A model generated the notes under the pieces. The model worked only from the letters and a program-made list of their open reading frames with translations. It was not told the DNA's origin and did no database searches. A program made the position numbers and the translations under genes. A DNA stretch of 64,000 nucleotides from Clostridiales bacterium DTU053 (GTDB lineage Bacteria > Bacillota > Clostridia > Oscillospirales > Acutalibacteraceae): contig LFSO01000019.1 of assembly GCA_001512765.1 (NCBI GenBank), positions 70,969-134,968 of the forward strand, read 5' to 3'. Of this stretch, positions 37,090 through 45,429 are shown one piece after another. Each line of letters begins with the position of its first letter. The stretch's first letter is position 1.

Positions 37090-37968
37090 ATGAAGAAATT
37101 CACATCCGTAGCACTTGTTCTTGTGCTGATTCTTTCTGTCTTTGCAATGGCTTCCTGCGCAAAGAAAGATGGCGACACCACAACAGCCGCTGACACAACT
37201 GTTCCCGTAGAAGCAGTTGCAAAATACAGAATTCTTGATGACGGCCTTAATGAAGAAGAATACGCAATCGGCTTCAGAAAAGGCGACCAGACTCTTAGAG
37301 ACAAGGTTCAGTCCATTCTTGCCGAGATGAAGGCAGACGGAACACTTGGCGAGATTTCAACAAAGTGGTTCGGCTCCGATGTTACAACAGTAAAGACCAC
37401 CCCCACCACATTAAATCCCGACGCTAAGGACGACTCACTCAAGAAGGTTCTTGACGCAGGCGTACTTGTTCTCGGTCTTGACGCGTCATTTAAGCCCATG
37501 GGCTTTACAAACGAGAACGGCGAAATCGTAGGCTTTGACATTGATGTCGCGGAAGAAGTCTGCAAGAGAATGGGCGTAAAGCTTGAGAAGAAGGGCATTG
37601 AATGGTCCACCAAGGAAAAGCCTCTGAACACAGGAATTATTGACTGCATCTGGAACGGCATGTCGGTCAGCGAGGAGAGAGCTAAGGCAATGAACCTCTC
37701 CGAGGCTTACATGGACAACAAGATGGTATTTGTTGTTCCCGCTTCTTCCGACATCACTTCACCCGAGCAGCTCAAGGGCAAGAAGGTAGCTCTCCAGAGC
37801 GGCTCCACAGCTCAGGAAATCCTTGAAGGCAGCGAATACGCAGCTGACATGGAAATCGTAGCTCTCGGCACAAATGTTGAGGCTCTCCAGCAGCTTGACC
37901 TTGGAATGGTTGACGCTGTATTTATGGATCTGGTAGTCGCCGAATACGAAAACACACAGTCTAAATAA
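37090..37968 (+). CDS. polar amino-acid ABC transporter substrate-binding lipoprotein, circularly permuted domain order
   Basis: 292 aa. Lipobox VFAMASC. Residues about 45-100 (YRILDDGLNEEEYAIGFRKGDQTLRDKVQSILAEMKADGTLGEISTKWFGSD) match the usual C-terminal end of SBP_bac_3 proteins such as GlnH. The usual N-terminal part (LVLGLDASFKPMGFTNENGEIVGFDIDVAEE...) follows after a Thr-rich linker. Confidence 0.8.
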   Translation: MKKFTSVALVLVLILSVFAMASCAKKDGDTTTAADTTVPVEAVAKYRILDDGLNEEEYAIGFRKGDQTLRDKVQSILAEMKADGTLGEISTKWFGSDVTTVKTTPTTLNPDAKDDSLKKVLDAGVLVLGLDASFKPMGFTNENGEIVGFDIDVAEEVCKRMGVKLEKKGIEWSTKEKPLNTGIIDCIWNGMSVSEERAKAMNLSEAYMDNKMVFVVPASSDITSPEQLKGKKVALQSGSTAQEILEGSEYAADMEIVALGTNVEALQQLDLGMVDAVFMDLVVAEYENTQSK

Positions 37969-37983
37969 ATCCTTCCTTGCAGA

Positions 37984-38010
37984 GCCGGGCTATTAGCCCG
38001 GCATTTTTTT
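37984..38010 (+). terminator. intrinsic terminator after the SBP gene
   Basis: GCCGGGC-tatta-GCCCGGC followed by ATTTTTTT. Confidence 0.8.
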
Positions 38011-38067
38011 GTCGCAAAATCCTTGATTATTTGCATATTTAATTGTATCATATACTTTAGTTTGCTC

Positions 38068-38085
38068 ATATGCTAACATATTAGC
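38068..38085. repeat. 18-bp repeat copy 2 (inverted orientation)
   Basis: ATATGCTAACATATTAGC is the exact reverse complement of 37028-37045. It lies 27 nt upstream of the permease ATG, just downstream of a possible TTGATT-17-TATCAT promoter (38023-38051). Confidence 0.9.
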
Positions 38086-38111
38086 TTTATTATAAACTTT
38101 TGAGGTGCTGC

Positions 38112-38810
38112 ATGACCTGGAATGACATACTTAAAGCGACAGAAGTAATGCTGAGATACTTAGGTCCGACTCTGAAGGTATTCTTCTACACCCTTTTGTT
38201 TTCAATACCTTTGGGAGTCGTGGTTGCCGTTCTCAGAAAAGTTAAATTTAAGCCCGTTTCGTGGCTTACAGCCGTATATATTCTGATAATGCGCGGCACT
38301 CCCCTGATGCTTCAGATTATAACCGTATATTACGCAATACCCATGCTGAGGATAAACTCCTTCCCGTGGCTTCAGAACCTGCTGGCGGGCATAGATGTAA
38401 GAAGCGAAAGGTATCAGTTCTCCGCGCTGATTTTTGCCTTTATTATAAATTATGCGGCATACTTCGCGGAAATTTTCAGAGGCGGCATAGAATCTATACC
38501 GATTGGTCAGTATGAGGCCGCCTTCTCCCTTGGATACACAAAGTTCCAGACATTTTTCAGAATTATCTTGCCGCAGGTTATTAAAAGAATCGTCCCCGCA
38601 AGCTCGAATGAGATTATTACCCTTGTTAAAGACACGGCGCTTGCCTCCGTGGTTGCGTACCCGGAGATATTCCGCATAGCAAAAGAGCAGATGAACTATT
38701 ACAGCTCGCTTGTTCCCCTTTTCGTTGCAGGTCTTTTCTACTTTGTGATGAACGCTATACTTACAATTGTGCTGGGCAGCATCGAAAAGAAGCTGGATTA
38801 CTATAAGTAA
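38112..38810 (+). CDS. polar amino-acid ABC transporter permease
   Basis: About 232 aa from ATG 38112 (GAGGTG RBS). HisM/GlnP-type permease with an EAA-like loop (EAAFSLGYTKFQTFFRIILPQ). Confidence 0.88.
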   Translation: MTWNDILKATEVMLRYLGPTLKVFFYTLLFSIPLGVVVAVLRKVKFKPVSWLTAVYILIMRGTPLMLQIITVYYAIPMLRINSFPWLQNLLAGIDVRSERYQFSALIFAFIINYAAYFAEIFRGGIESIPIGQYEAAFSLGYTKFQTFFRIILPQVIKRIVPASSNEIITLVKDTALASVVAYPEIFRIAKEQMNYYSSLVPLFVAGLFYFVMNAILTIVLGSIEKKLDYYK

Positions 38811-38825
38811 AGCGAGGAGCGCGAA

Positions 38826-39587
38826 ATGAAAGTATTAGAAGTAAACAACCTTTCAAAGAGCTTCGGCACACTTGAGGTAATAAAGGATATATCCTTCGAT
38901 GTGGAGAAGGGTCAGGTTATCTCCATAATCGGCCCGTCGGGCAGCGGCAAGTCCACTTTGCTGCGCTGCATAAATCAGCTTGAAAGGGTTTCGGGCGGCA
39001 CCATAAAAATCTGCGGTCTTGACATGATAACAGGCTACGAAAAGGGCAAGCCCGCATATGCGGAGCCGAAAACGCTCAGAGAAATCAAGCTGAAAATGGG
39101 GCTTATCTTTCAGAATTTTAATCTCTTTCCCCACTTTTCGGTTCTTAAAAATATAACCGACGCGCAAATTCATGTGCTTAAAAGGTCAAAAGAAGAGGCG
39201 GAGGAAATCGCCATGGACCTTTTAAGGCAGATGGGTCTTCCCGAAAAGGCGGACGCGTATCCCTATCAGCTCTCTGGCGGTCAGCAGCAGAGAGTATCCA
39301 TAGCAAGGGCTCTTGCCTTGAACCCTGAGATACTTTTCTTTGATGAGCCCACAAGCGCGCTTGACCCCGAGCTTACCGGCGAGATTCTGAAGGTCATAAG
39401 ACAGCTTGCGGCAAAGAGCATGACAATGGTAATAGTCACCCATGAGATGGCTTTTGCGCGCGATGTTGCCGATACGGTAATCTTTATGGACCAGGGGGTC
39501 ATAGTTGAGCAGGGTCCCGCTGAGCAGGTTATAAACAACCCCACATCAGAGAGAACAAAGCTCTTCCTTAACAGATTTGAAAATTAA
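38826..39587 (+). CDS. polar amino-acid ABC transporter ATP-binding protein
   Basis: 253 aa. Walker A GPSGSGKST, signature LSGGQQQRV and Walker B ILFFDEPTSALD. Confidence 0.93.
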   Translation: MKVLEVNNLSKSFGTLEVIKDISFDVEKGQVISIIGPSGSGKSTLLRCINQLERVSGGTIKICGLDMITGYEKGKPAYAEPKTLREIKLKMGLIFQNFNLFPHFSVLKNITDAQIHVLKRSKEEAEEIAMDLLRQMGLPEKADAYPYQLSGGQQQRVSIARALALNPEILFFDEPTSALDPELTGEILKVIRQLAAKSMTMVIVTHEMAFARDVADTVIFMDQGVIVEQGPAEQVINNPTSERTKLFLNRFEN

Positions 39588-39611
39588 AAGAAATTGATAT
39601 TTATGACTTAA

Positions 39612-39647
39612 AAGACTGAAGCCTTATGGGCGTCAGTCTTTTCTTTT
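39612..39647 (+). terminator. intrinsic terminator after the ABC operon
   Basis: AAGACTGAaGCC-ttat-GGGCgTCAGTCTT followed by TTCTTTT. Confidence 0.75.
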
Positions 39648-39878
39648 ACGAGTCAAAGCAAAATTTAATCAAATCTTAATCGGATATTTATATTTGCTTA
39701 TAATAAAAATCTTATTATGTAATTGAGGATAATTGGCTTATGGCGGAAATATATATAAGTCAAAGAAAATAAAAATTCGATTAGTTTTTTGTTTCTTAAC
39801 GGACGAATTTGTGCTACAATTATGGTGAAATGAAATACCCATGCGCGGGCTTTCGTTTCCTTAAAAGGGAGGGAAAAT

Positions 39879-40547
39879 ATGAATATACTGGACTTTATTT
39901 TTATTGCTGTTGTTGTGCTTACCGTATTCTTTGCCGCAAAAAAAGGCTTTGTGCTGTCGCTCATTGAGTTTGTTTCAGGACTTTTGGCAATTTTCATCTC
40001 CTACGCCGTTGCCCCTGCCGTGGCAGGTTCCATATACAACTCATACTTTAAGGAGAAGGTTATAGGCATACTCACAGAGAAGTTCCCCGCTCTTGCCGGC
40101 GGAAAGCCATTAACCATTTCCATAAGCGACATTACAAACATATTGCCCAAAAGCCTTTCATTTCTGGCTGAAAATGTTGGACTCGAAAGCGGCAGGATTG
40201 AGCTGCCCAACGCCTCAAAATACATATCCATAGAGCAGCTTGAGCAGAACCTTGCCGCTCCCATTATGAAGGTAGCTTTGACGGTTATAGCCTTTGCGAT
40301 TCTTTCGATTGTTCTTATTATCGCGCTCAGAATAGCCGCAAGGCTTTTAAACAAACTGGTCAAAGTCACCCCGCTTAGAAGTCTAAATACCCTTCTCGGA
40401 GCGGTTTTCGGAGCCGTAAAGGGAATTCTTCAGACAGGCATTCTCGCGGCGGTGCTGTCGCTTCTCGGTTCGCTCACCACGCCCTCCGCTCTGTCGGGGC
40501 TTGTTGAAAACTCAAAGATTTGCGAATTCGTGCTGAAACTGTTTTAA
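39879..40547 (+). CDS. cvpA: CvpA-family membrane protein
   Basis: 222 aa. The N-terminus MNILDFIFIAVVVLTVFFAAKKGFV and a 4-TM layout are typical of colicin V production protein homologues. Confidence 0.7.
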   Translation: MNILDFIFIAVVVLTVFFAAKKGFVLSLIEFVSGLLAIFISYAVAPAVAGSIYNSYFKEKVIGILTEKFPALAGGKPLTISISDITNILPKSLSFLAENVGLESGRIELPNASKYISIEQLEQNLAAPIMKVALTVIAFAILSIVLIIALRIAARLLNKLVKVTPLRSLNTLLGAVFGAVKGILQTGILAAVLSLLGSLTTPSALSGLVENSKICEFVLKLF

Positions 40548-40571
40548 TTTATTCTGAAAAGGGAGATTTTT

Positions 40572-41228
40572 ATGAGTGATAGCAAGAAGAAAAACAGTGA
40601 CTTACTTACAAATATATGGACAGTGCCCAACATATTGACTATGATAAGGATAATCCTTGTCCCGATTTTCGCGGTACTGTTTTTAAAGGGCTCGTATATT
40701 CCCGCTCTGGTTGTTCTTCTTTTGTCAGGTCTTACCGACTTTTTTGACGGCAAGATTGCCAGAAGGTTCAATCAGATAAGCGAGCTCGGAAAGATACTTG
40801 ACCCCATCGCAGACAAGTTCACCCAGATTACCATCGCGGTTTTGCTTTTCTTTAAATTCAGAACCGCAAGCGACGCGTCGCTCAAGGCTTTCAGCTGGGT
40901 ATTCCTCCTCTTCCTTGTAAAAGAGGCGTCAATGCTTATCGGCGGCTCGATAATGCTCTCCAAGGGCATACGCCCCGGCGCGTCGGAGCTTCCCGGCAAA
41001 ATCGCAACCTTCTTCTTCTACGGCGCGATGCTTGTAATACTTGGCTTCGGTCCCGAAATCGGCGCCTTTACAAAGAGCAATCCCGACTTTGCCATAAGCT
41101 CAACAGTTACAATGGTTCTGGTTGTAATTTCCGCTATACTTACCTTTGTAGCGCTGTTCAGCTACTTCCCCGGCTTATTTAAGCAGATTAAAGAGTATAG
41201 GGAGTCCCAAAAAACGGACTTGAACTAA
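40572..41228 (+). CDS. pgsA: CDP-alcohol phosphatidyltransferase (PgsA-like)
   Basis: 218 aa. DFFDGKIARRFNQISELGKILDPIADK matches the DG(x)2AR(x)8G(x)3D(x)3D motif. Confidence 0.8.
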   Translation: MSDSKKKNSDLLTNIWTVPNILTMIRIILVPIFAVLFLKGSYIPALVVLLLSGLTDFFDGKIARRFNQISELGKILDPIADKFTQITIAVLLFFKFRTASDASLKAFSWVFLLFLVKEASMLIGGSIMLSKGIRPGASELPGKIATFFFYGAMLVILGFGPEIGAFTKSNPDFAISSTVTMVLVVISAILTFVALFSYFPGLFKQIKEYRESQKTDLN

Positions 41229-41336
41229 ATAACAATAGAGTCATAATATATAAGTGATATTGATAGCATTAAAAAAAGACAAACATACAATAATATATTA
41301 AATATTAAGACTTTTTTGCTCGATTAAGGAGATTCG

Positions 41337-43661
41337 ATGAATAAACTAATTTGTTCCAAGTGCAAAATCAGACCTGCAGTCATTTTCGTATCGAAAATAG
41401 AGGGCGACAAGACCACTCAGGAGGGTTTTTGCATACAGTGCGCCATGAAAATGAACATCGGCCCCATTAAGGATATCATGGACAAAATGGGCATCAGCGA
41501 GGAGGACCTGGAGGAATTCAGCCAGCAGTTCAGCGAGATGTTCAACTCCGTTGACGCGGATTCATTGTTCGAGGCCGGCGGCGCACCCACCCTGCCTTTG
41601 TTCCAAGGTTTTGGCGTAAATCCTGTTATGCAGGACGCATCGGGCGTTCAGGCAAGCAAAGAGGAGCCCGCAGGCGACAACAAGCTGCAAAAGACCGATA
41701 ACGAAACAAGGGACAACAGAAGACCAAAGAATAAAAAGAACCAGCCCAAGCGCAAATTCCTGAATGTCTACTGCACAGACCTTACCGAAAAGGCAAGGAA
41801 CGGTCAGATTGACAGAATCGTTGGCAGAGAAAAGGAGATTTACAGGGTAACTCAGATTCTTTGCCGCCGTTCAAAGAACAACCCCTGCCTTATCGGTGAG
41901 CCCGGCGTTGGTAAGACGGCCATTGCCGAAGGTCTGGCTTTAAAGATTGCATCGGGCGATGTCCCCGCAAAGCTCGCAAACAAAGAGCTGCACCTTCTTG
42001 ACCTTACCGCTTTAGTGGCTGGCACACAGTTCAGAGGTCAGTTTGAAAGCAGAATAAAGGGTCTTGTGAATGAGGTTCGCAACGAAGGCAATATAATTCT
42101 CTTCATCGACGAGGTTCACAATCTCGTAGGCACAGGCGACGCCGAAGGCTCGATGAACGCCGCGAATATCTTAAAGCCCGCTCTTTCAAGGGGCGAAATT
42201 CAGGTTATTGGCGCAACAACCTTCAATGAGTACAGAAAGCATATTGAAAAGGACGCCGCTCTCGAAAGGCGTTTCCAGCCCGTTAAGGTCGAAGAGCCCT
42301 CAATAAACGACACATACGAAATGCTCAAAGGCATAAAGTCTTATTACGAGGATTATCACAAGGTCAAAATCAGCGACTCGCTTTTACACAAGGCGGTCGT
42401 TCTCTCCGAAAGGTATATCACCGACAGGTATCTGCCCGACAAGGCTATTGACCTTTTGGACGAGGCTTGCACCTGCGCAAATCTTCGCAATAAGGCTATA
42501 AGCGAATATGAGCTCAATGAGCTTGAAATCGCCGATTTAAAAGAGCAGATTGACTTTATAATGTCCGAAACGGATTCGATAGACTATGAGGAGCTGGCAA
42601 GGCTGCGCTCAGAGCTTGAGAAAAAGCAGCTAAAAAGCGAGGAGCTGAGAGTAAAAGCTCAGGACAACGCCGTTCTCGAAGAGGATTTGGCTAAGGTCAT
42701 TAGCCTCTGGCTCGGCATACCCGTAAGCAAGATTATTGAAAGCGACCTCAAGAAACTTGCCAACCTTGAGGAAAAGCTGAAAAAGAGGATTGTGGGTCAG
42801 GACGACGCCATTAAAGCGGTTGCGGCAGCTGTTCGCCGCAGCAGGGTTCAGATAAATCCGCAAAGACGCCCCGCGTCGTTTATCTTCGTAGGTCCCACGG
42901 GCGTCGGCAAAACAGAGCTTGTAAAGCAGCTTGCCAATGAGCTGTTTGATACTCCCGAAACGCTGATTAGGCTCGATATGTCCGAGTTTATGGAAAAGCA
43001 CAGCGTTTCAAGGATTATCGGCTCACCTCCCGGCTATGTGGGCTATGACGAGGCGGGACAGCTTACCGAAAAGGTACGCCGCAAGCCTTACAGCGTTATA
43101 CTTCTTGACGAGATAGAAAAGGCTCACCCGGATGTGCTGAACATCCTCCTGCAAATTCTTGATGAAGGCAAGACCAGCGACGCTCAGGGCAGAGTCGTAA
43201 ACTTTGAGAATACGGTCATCATAATGACCTCCAACGCCGGCAGCGAGCGAAAGAGCACATCTCTCGGCTTTGCCAAGGATACCAGCACCCAGTCAAGGGA
43301 AAAGGTTCTGAAGGCTCTCTCCGATTTCCTGCGCCCCGAATTTTTGGGCAGAGTCGATGAAATAGTCGTCTTTGACCCGCTGGGAGAAAAGGAATACGAA
43401 AAGATTGCCGAAATCCTCCTTGGCGACATGGTAGAGCCTTTGAAAGACAAGGGCATTACTCTTAACATCGGCGAAGGAGTGCCTGCCCTGATAGCTAAGA
43501 ACGCCATCAAGGGCATAAGAGGCGCAAGAGATGTCAAGAATGAAATCCGCCGCAAGATAGAAGACAAAATCGCGGGGTTAATAATTGACAACGCCGACAC
43601 TCCGATTACTGAGATTAATATCACTGCCGAAAACGGCGAAATCGTCGTAAGGGGCAGATAA
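41337..43661 (+). CDS. two-ring Clp/Hsp100 AAA+ ATPase with N-terminal zinc ribbon (ClpE-like)
   Basis: 774 aa. CSKC...CIQC zinc-ribbon N-terminus instead of Clp_N repeats. Two Walker A sites (GEPGVGKTA, GPTGVGKTE). An LGF tripeptide is consistent with a ClpP-docking loop. Confidence 0.8.
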   Translation: MNKLICSKCKIRPAVIFVSKIEGDKTTQEGFCIQCAMKMNIGPIKDIMDKMGISEEDLEEFSQQFSEMFNSVDADSLFEAGGAPTLPLFQGFGVNPVMQDASGVQASKEEPAGDNKLQKTDNETRDNRRPKNKKNQPKRKFLNVYCTDLTEKARNGQIDRIVGREKEIYRVTQILCRRSKNNPCLIGEPGVGKTAIAEGLALKIASGDVPAKLANKELHLLDLTALVAGTQFRGQFESRIKGLVNEVRNEGNIILFIDEVHNLVGTGDAEGSMNAANILKPALSRGEIQVIGATTFNEYRKHIEKDAALERRFQPVKVEEPSINDTYEMLKGIKSYYEDYHKVKISDSLLHKAVVLSERYITDRYLPDKAIDLLDEACTCANLRNKAISEYELNELEIADLKEQIDFIMSETDSIDYEELARLRSELEKKQLKSEELRVKAQDNAVLEEDLAKVISLWLGIPVSKIIESDLKKLANLEEKLKKRIVGQDDAIKAVAAAVRRSRVQINPQRRPASFIFVGPTGVGKTELVKQLANELFDTPETLIRLDMSEFMEKHSVSRIIGSPPGYVGYDEAGQLTEKVRRKPYSVILLDEIEKAHPDVLNILLQILDEGKTSDAQGRVVNFENTVIIMTSNAGSERKSTSLGFAKDTSTQSREKVLKALSDFLRPEFLGRVDEIVVFDPLGEKEYEKIAEILLGDMVEPLKDKGITLNIGEGVPALIAKNAIKGIRGARDVKNEIRRKIEDKIAGLIIDNADTPITEINITAENGEIVVRGR

Positions 43662-43674
43662 AAAACAAAAATTA

Positions 43675-43703
43675 ACCACCCTCTTTTGGAGGGTGGTTTT
43701 TTT
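43675..43703. terminator. bidirectional terminator between convergent genes
   Basis: ACCACCCTC-ttttg-GAGGGTGGT with T-runs on both strands. Confidence 0.8.
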
Positions 43704-43704
43704 A

Positions 43705-45243
43705 TTAGCAATTGCCTGTGTCTCCGGCATCTGCGGGTAGGGTCGGGGCGTCTGCGCCGCCTGCCTGCCTTACCTTTTCATCTCTGCGCTGCAGAAGCTC
43801 CATATACATTCTTTCTCTCTTCTCGCCGGAGAGATCGTAGAAGAGCTTCGGAATCATGCCGAGGCTGCCTGTTACAAAGGGAATTACTGTGCACATCGCG
43901 AACAGATAGTACTTTGTTTTGTCGGACTGCTTTAAGTGTCCTGCGCCCTGAACATAGCCGATTTTCTTCATAAGGAAGGCTCTGATTGTGGCTCCCACGG
44001 TGTTAACCAGCTTGCTTGCAAGTCCCCTTGCGACGCTGGTCATGCCCTCCGTGCGGTAGCCGTTCTTCCATTCGCAGTAGTCCATCGCCTCGTTGTACAT
44101 TTCCTTGGGGATGACCTTGCGTATGCCGTAAACGAACATAAACAATGTTTCCTGTATCATTATGGCGATTATCATAGGAAGACGGCGCTTGTAAAGACCG
44201 TTCTTTATGCCGCCTATGGAGCCGAAGAGGAATACAAGAGCCATGAGGAAGTCGCCCGTGCTGGAGCCTAAGAGCCACAGAACTTTTGTGGAGAAATGTC
44301 TTCTGAACCAGGGAACCAATGCAAAGCTGGGGGTTGAAACAAAGCTGCCGGGTATGCCGACTATCATATAAATTGAGGATGAGCCGAGAACATCTATGTA
44401 GTAGTTCGTCATGCCCGTATTGATGGAGAAGGAGCTTAAAAACTCCGCAAGGGTTATAAGCAGTATGGGCTTGTTGTTAAGAATCGACTTGATTCCGTCC
44501 ATTACGCTGGGGCCCTTTTCGGACTGGATAATTCTCTCTTTTGCTAAAAGCGAGAAGTACAAAGCGAACAGACCCGAAACCAAGGTGGTAAAGCAGCCCA
44601 TTGTGACATAAATGCTCTTCATCTGGAACTTAAGTATGCCGTTGTTGATTCCGTCAATCAATAGGGACATCAGCGCTTCGGGGATATTGTCGCCTATGGA
44701 GAGAAGGTGCGCCAAGGTAATTAGCCTTGTTCTTTCCACAGGGTGCGGCGATATTGTCGCCAGCATGCCCGTTACGGAAATGCCTCTGAAAGTCTCAATC
44801 GTCTCCCTGGTGACAGCTAGCAAGAAGTATGTTAGGAGCTTCATAAAGTGGGTTTCGGAGGTATTGGGGAAGAATATGGGCAGCATCCAGTAAAGCAGGG
44901 TGCCTATGGTGCCGGGAATCGCAAGAGTTACAAGATAGGGCTTGAACTTACCCCATCTTGTTCTTGTCTTGTCAACTATGGCGCCTATGATTGTGTCATT
45001 GACGACATCCCAGATTCCGCCCACAAAATTAGTAAATGCCTGAAAGGCAAAATCGATTCTTACGACATCGAATATAAATCTCTCGTTGTATTTGTTAATC
45101 GTAAAGTTCTGGGCAAAGTCAAAGAGTATGTAGGCTATTGTTTCCTTTTTGCCCACATATCTGCGGTTTTCGTACACATAGTTGCGATATTCTTCTTCGG
45201 TTGGGGTTAAAACTTTGGTGGTGTTTACTGCTTGTTCAGACAA
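43705..45243 (-). CDS. glycoside-pentoside-hexuronide (GPH):cation symporter family transporter
   Basis: MFS/GPH pattern (GGIWDVVNDTIIGAIVDKTRTRWGKFKPYL) and 12 TM-like segments. The start is uncertain: a TTG at 45243 behind GGGTG is proposed, and the track ORF extends to a GTG at 45303. Confidence 0.75.
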   Translation of the reverse strand: MSEQAVNTTKVLTPTEEEYRNYVYENRRYVGKKETIAYILFDFAQNFTINKYNERFIFDVVRIDFAFQAFTNFVGGIWDVVNDTIIGAIVDKTRTRWGKFKPYLVTLAIPGTIGTLLYWMLPIFFPNTSETHFMKLLTYFLLAVTRETIETFRGISVTGMLATISPHPVERTRLITLAHLLSIGDNIPEALMSLLIDGINNGILKFQMKSIYVTMGCFTTLVSGLFALYFSLLAKERIIQSEKGPSVMDGIKSILNNKPILLITLAEFLSSFSINTGMTNYYIDVLGSSSIYMIVGIPGSFVSTPSFALVPWFRRHFSTKVLWLLGSSTGDFLMALVFLFGSIGGIKNGLYKRRLPMIIAIMIQETLFMFVYGIRKVIPKEMYNEAMDYCEWKNGYRTEGMTSVARGLASKLVNTVGATIRAFLMKKIGYVQGAGHLKQSDKTKYYLFAMCTVIPFVTGSLGMIPKLFYDLSGEKRERMYMELLQRRDEKVRQAGGADAPTLPADAGDTGNC

Positions 45244-45429
45244 AGGCTTCACCCTTTCGGCGGAGAATAATACTCTAAAACGCTTATATGGTAAATCTAT
45301 CACAAAAAGAATATAATTACAACAGTATTTTATGCAAAAACAACACTGTAAATTTTTGCATTTGATACTTTTGTGGATAAGCCGTTATCTTCTGCTGGCC
45401 TCACGAATAGTATTTATAGGACAGGAGGG

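Noticed and set aside
41229-41336. CtsR operator (tandem GGTCAAA heptads) upstream of the Clp ATPase
   Set aside because: Only a single weak heptad (AGTCATA) is present, without a correctly spaced second repeat.
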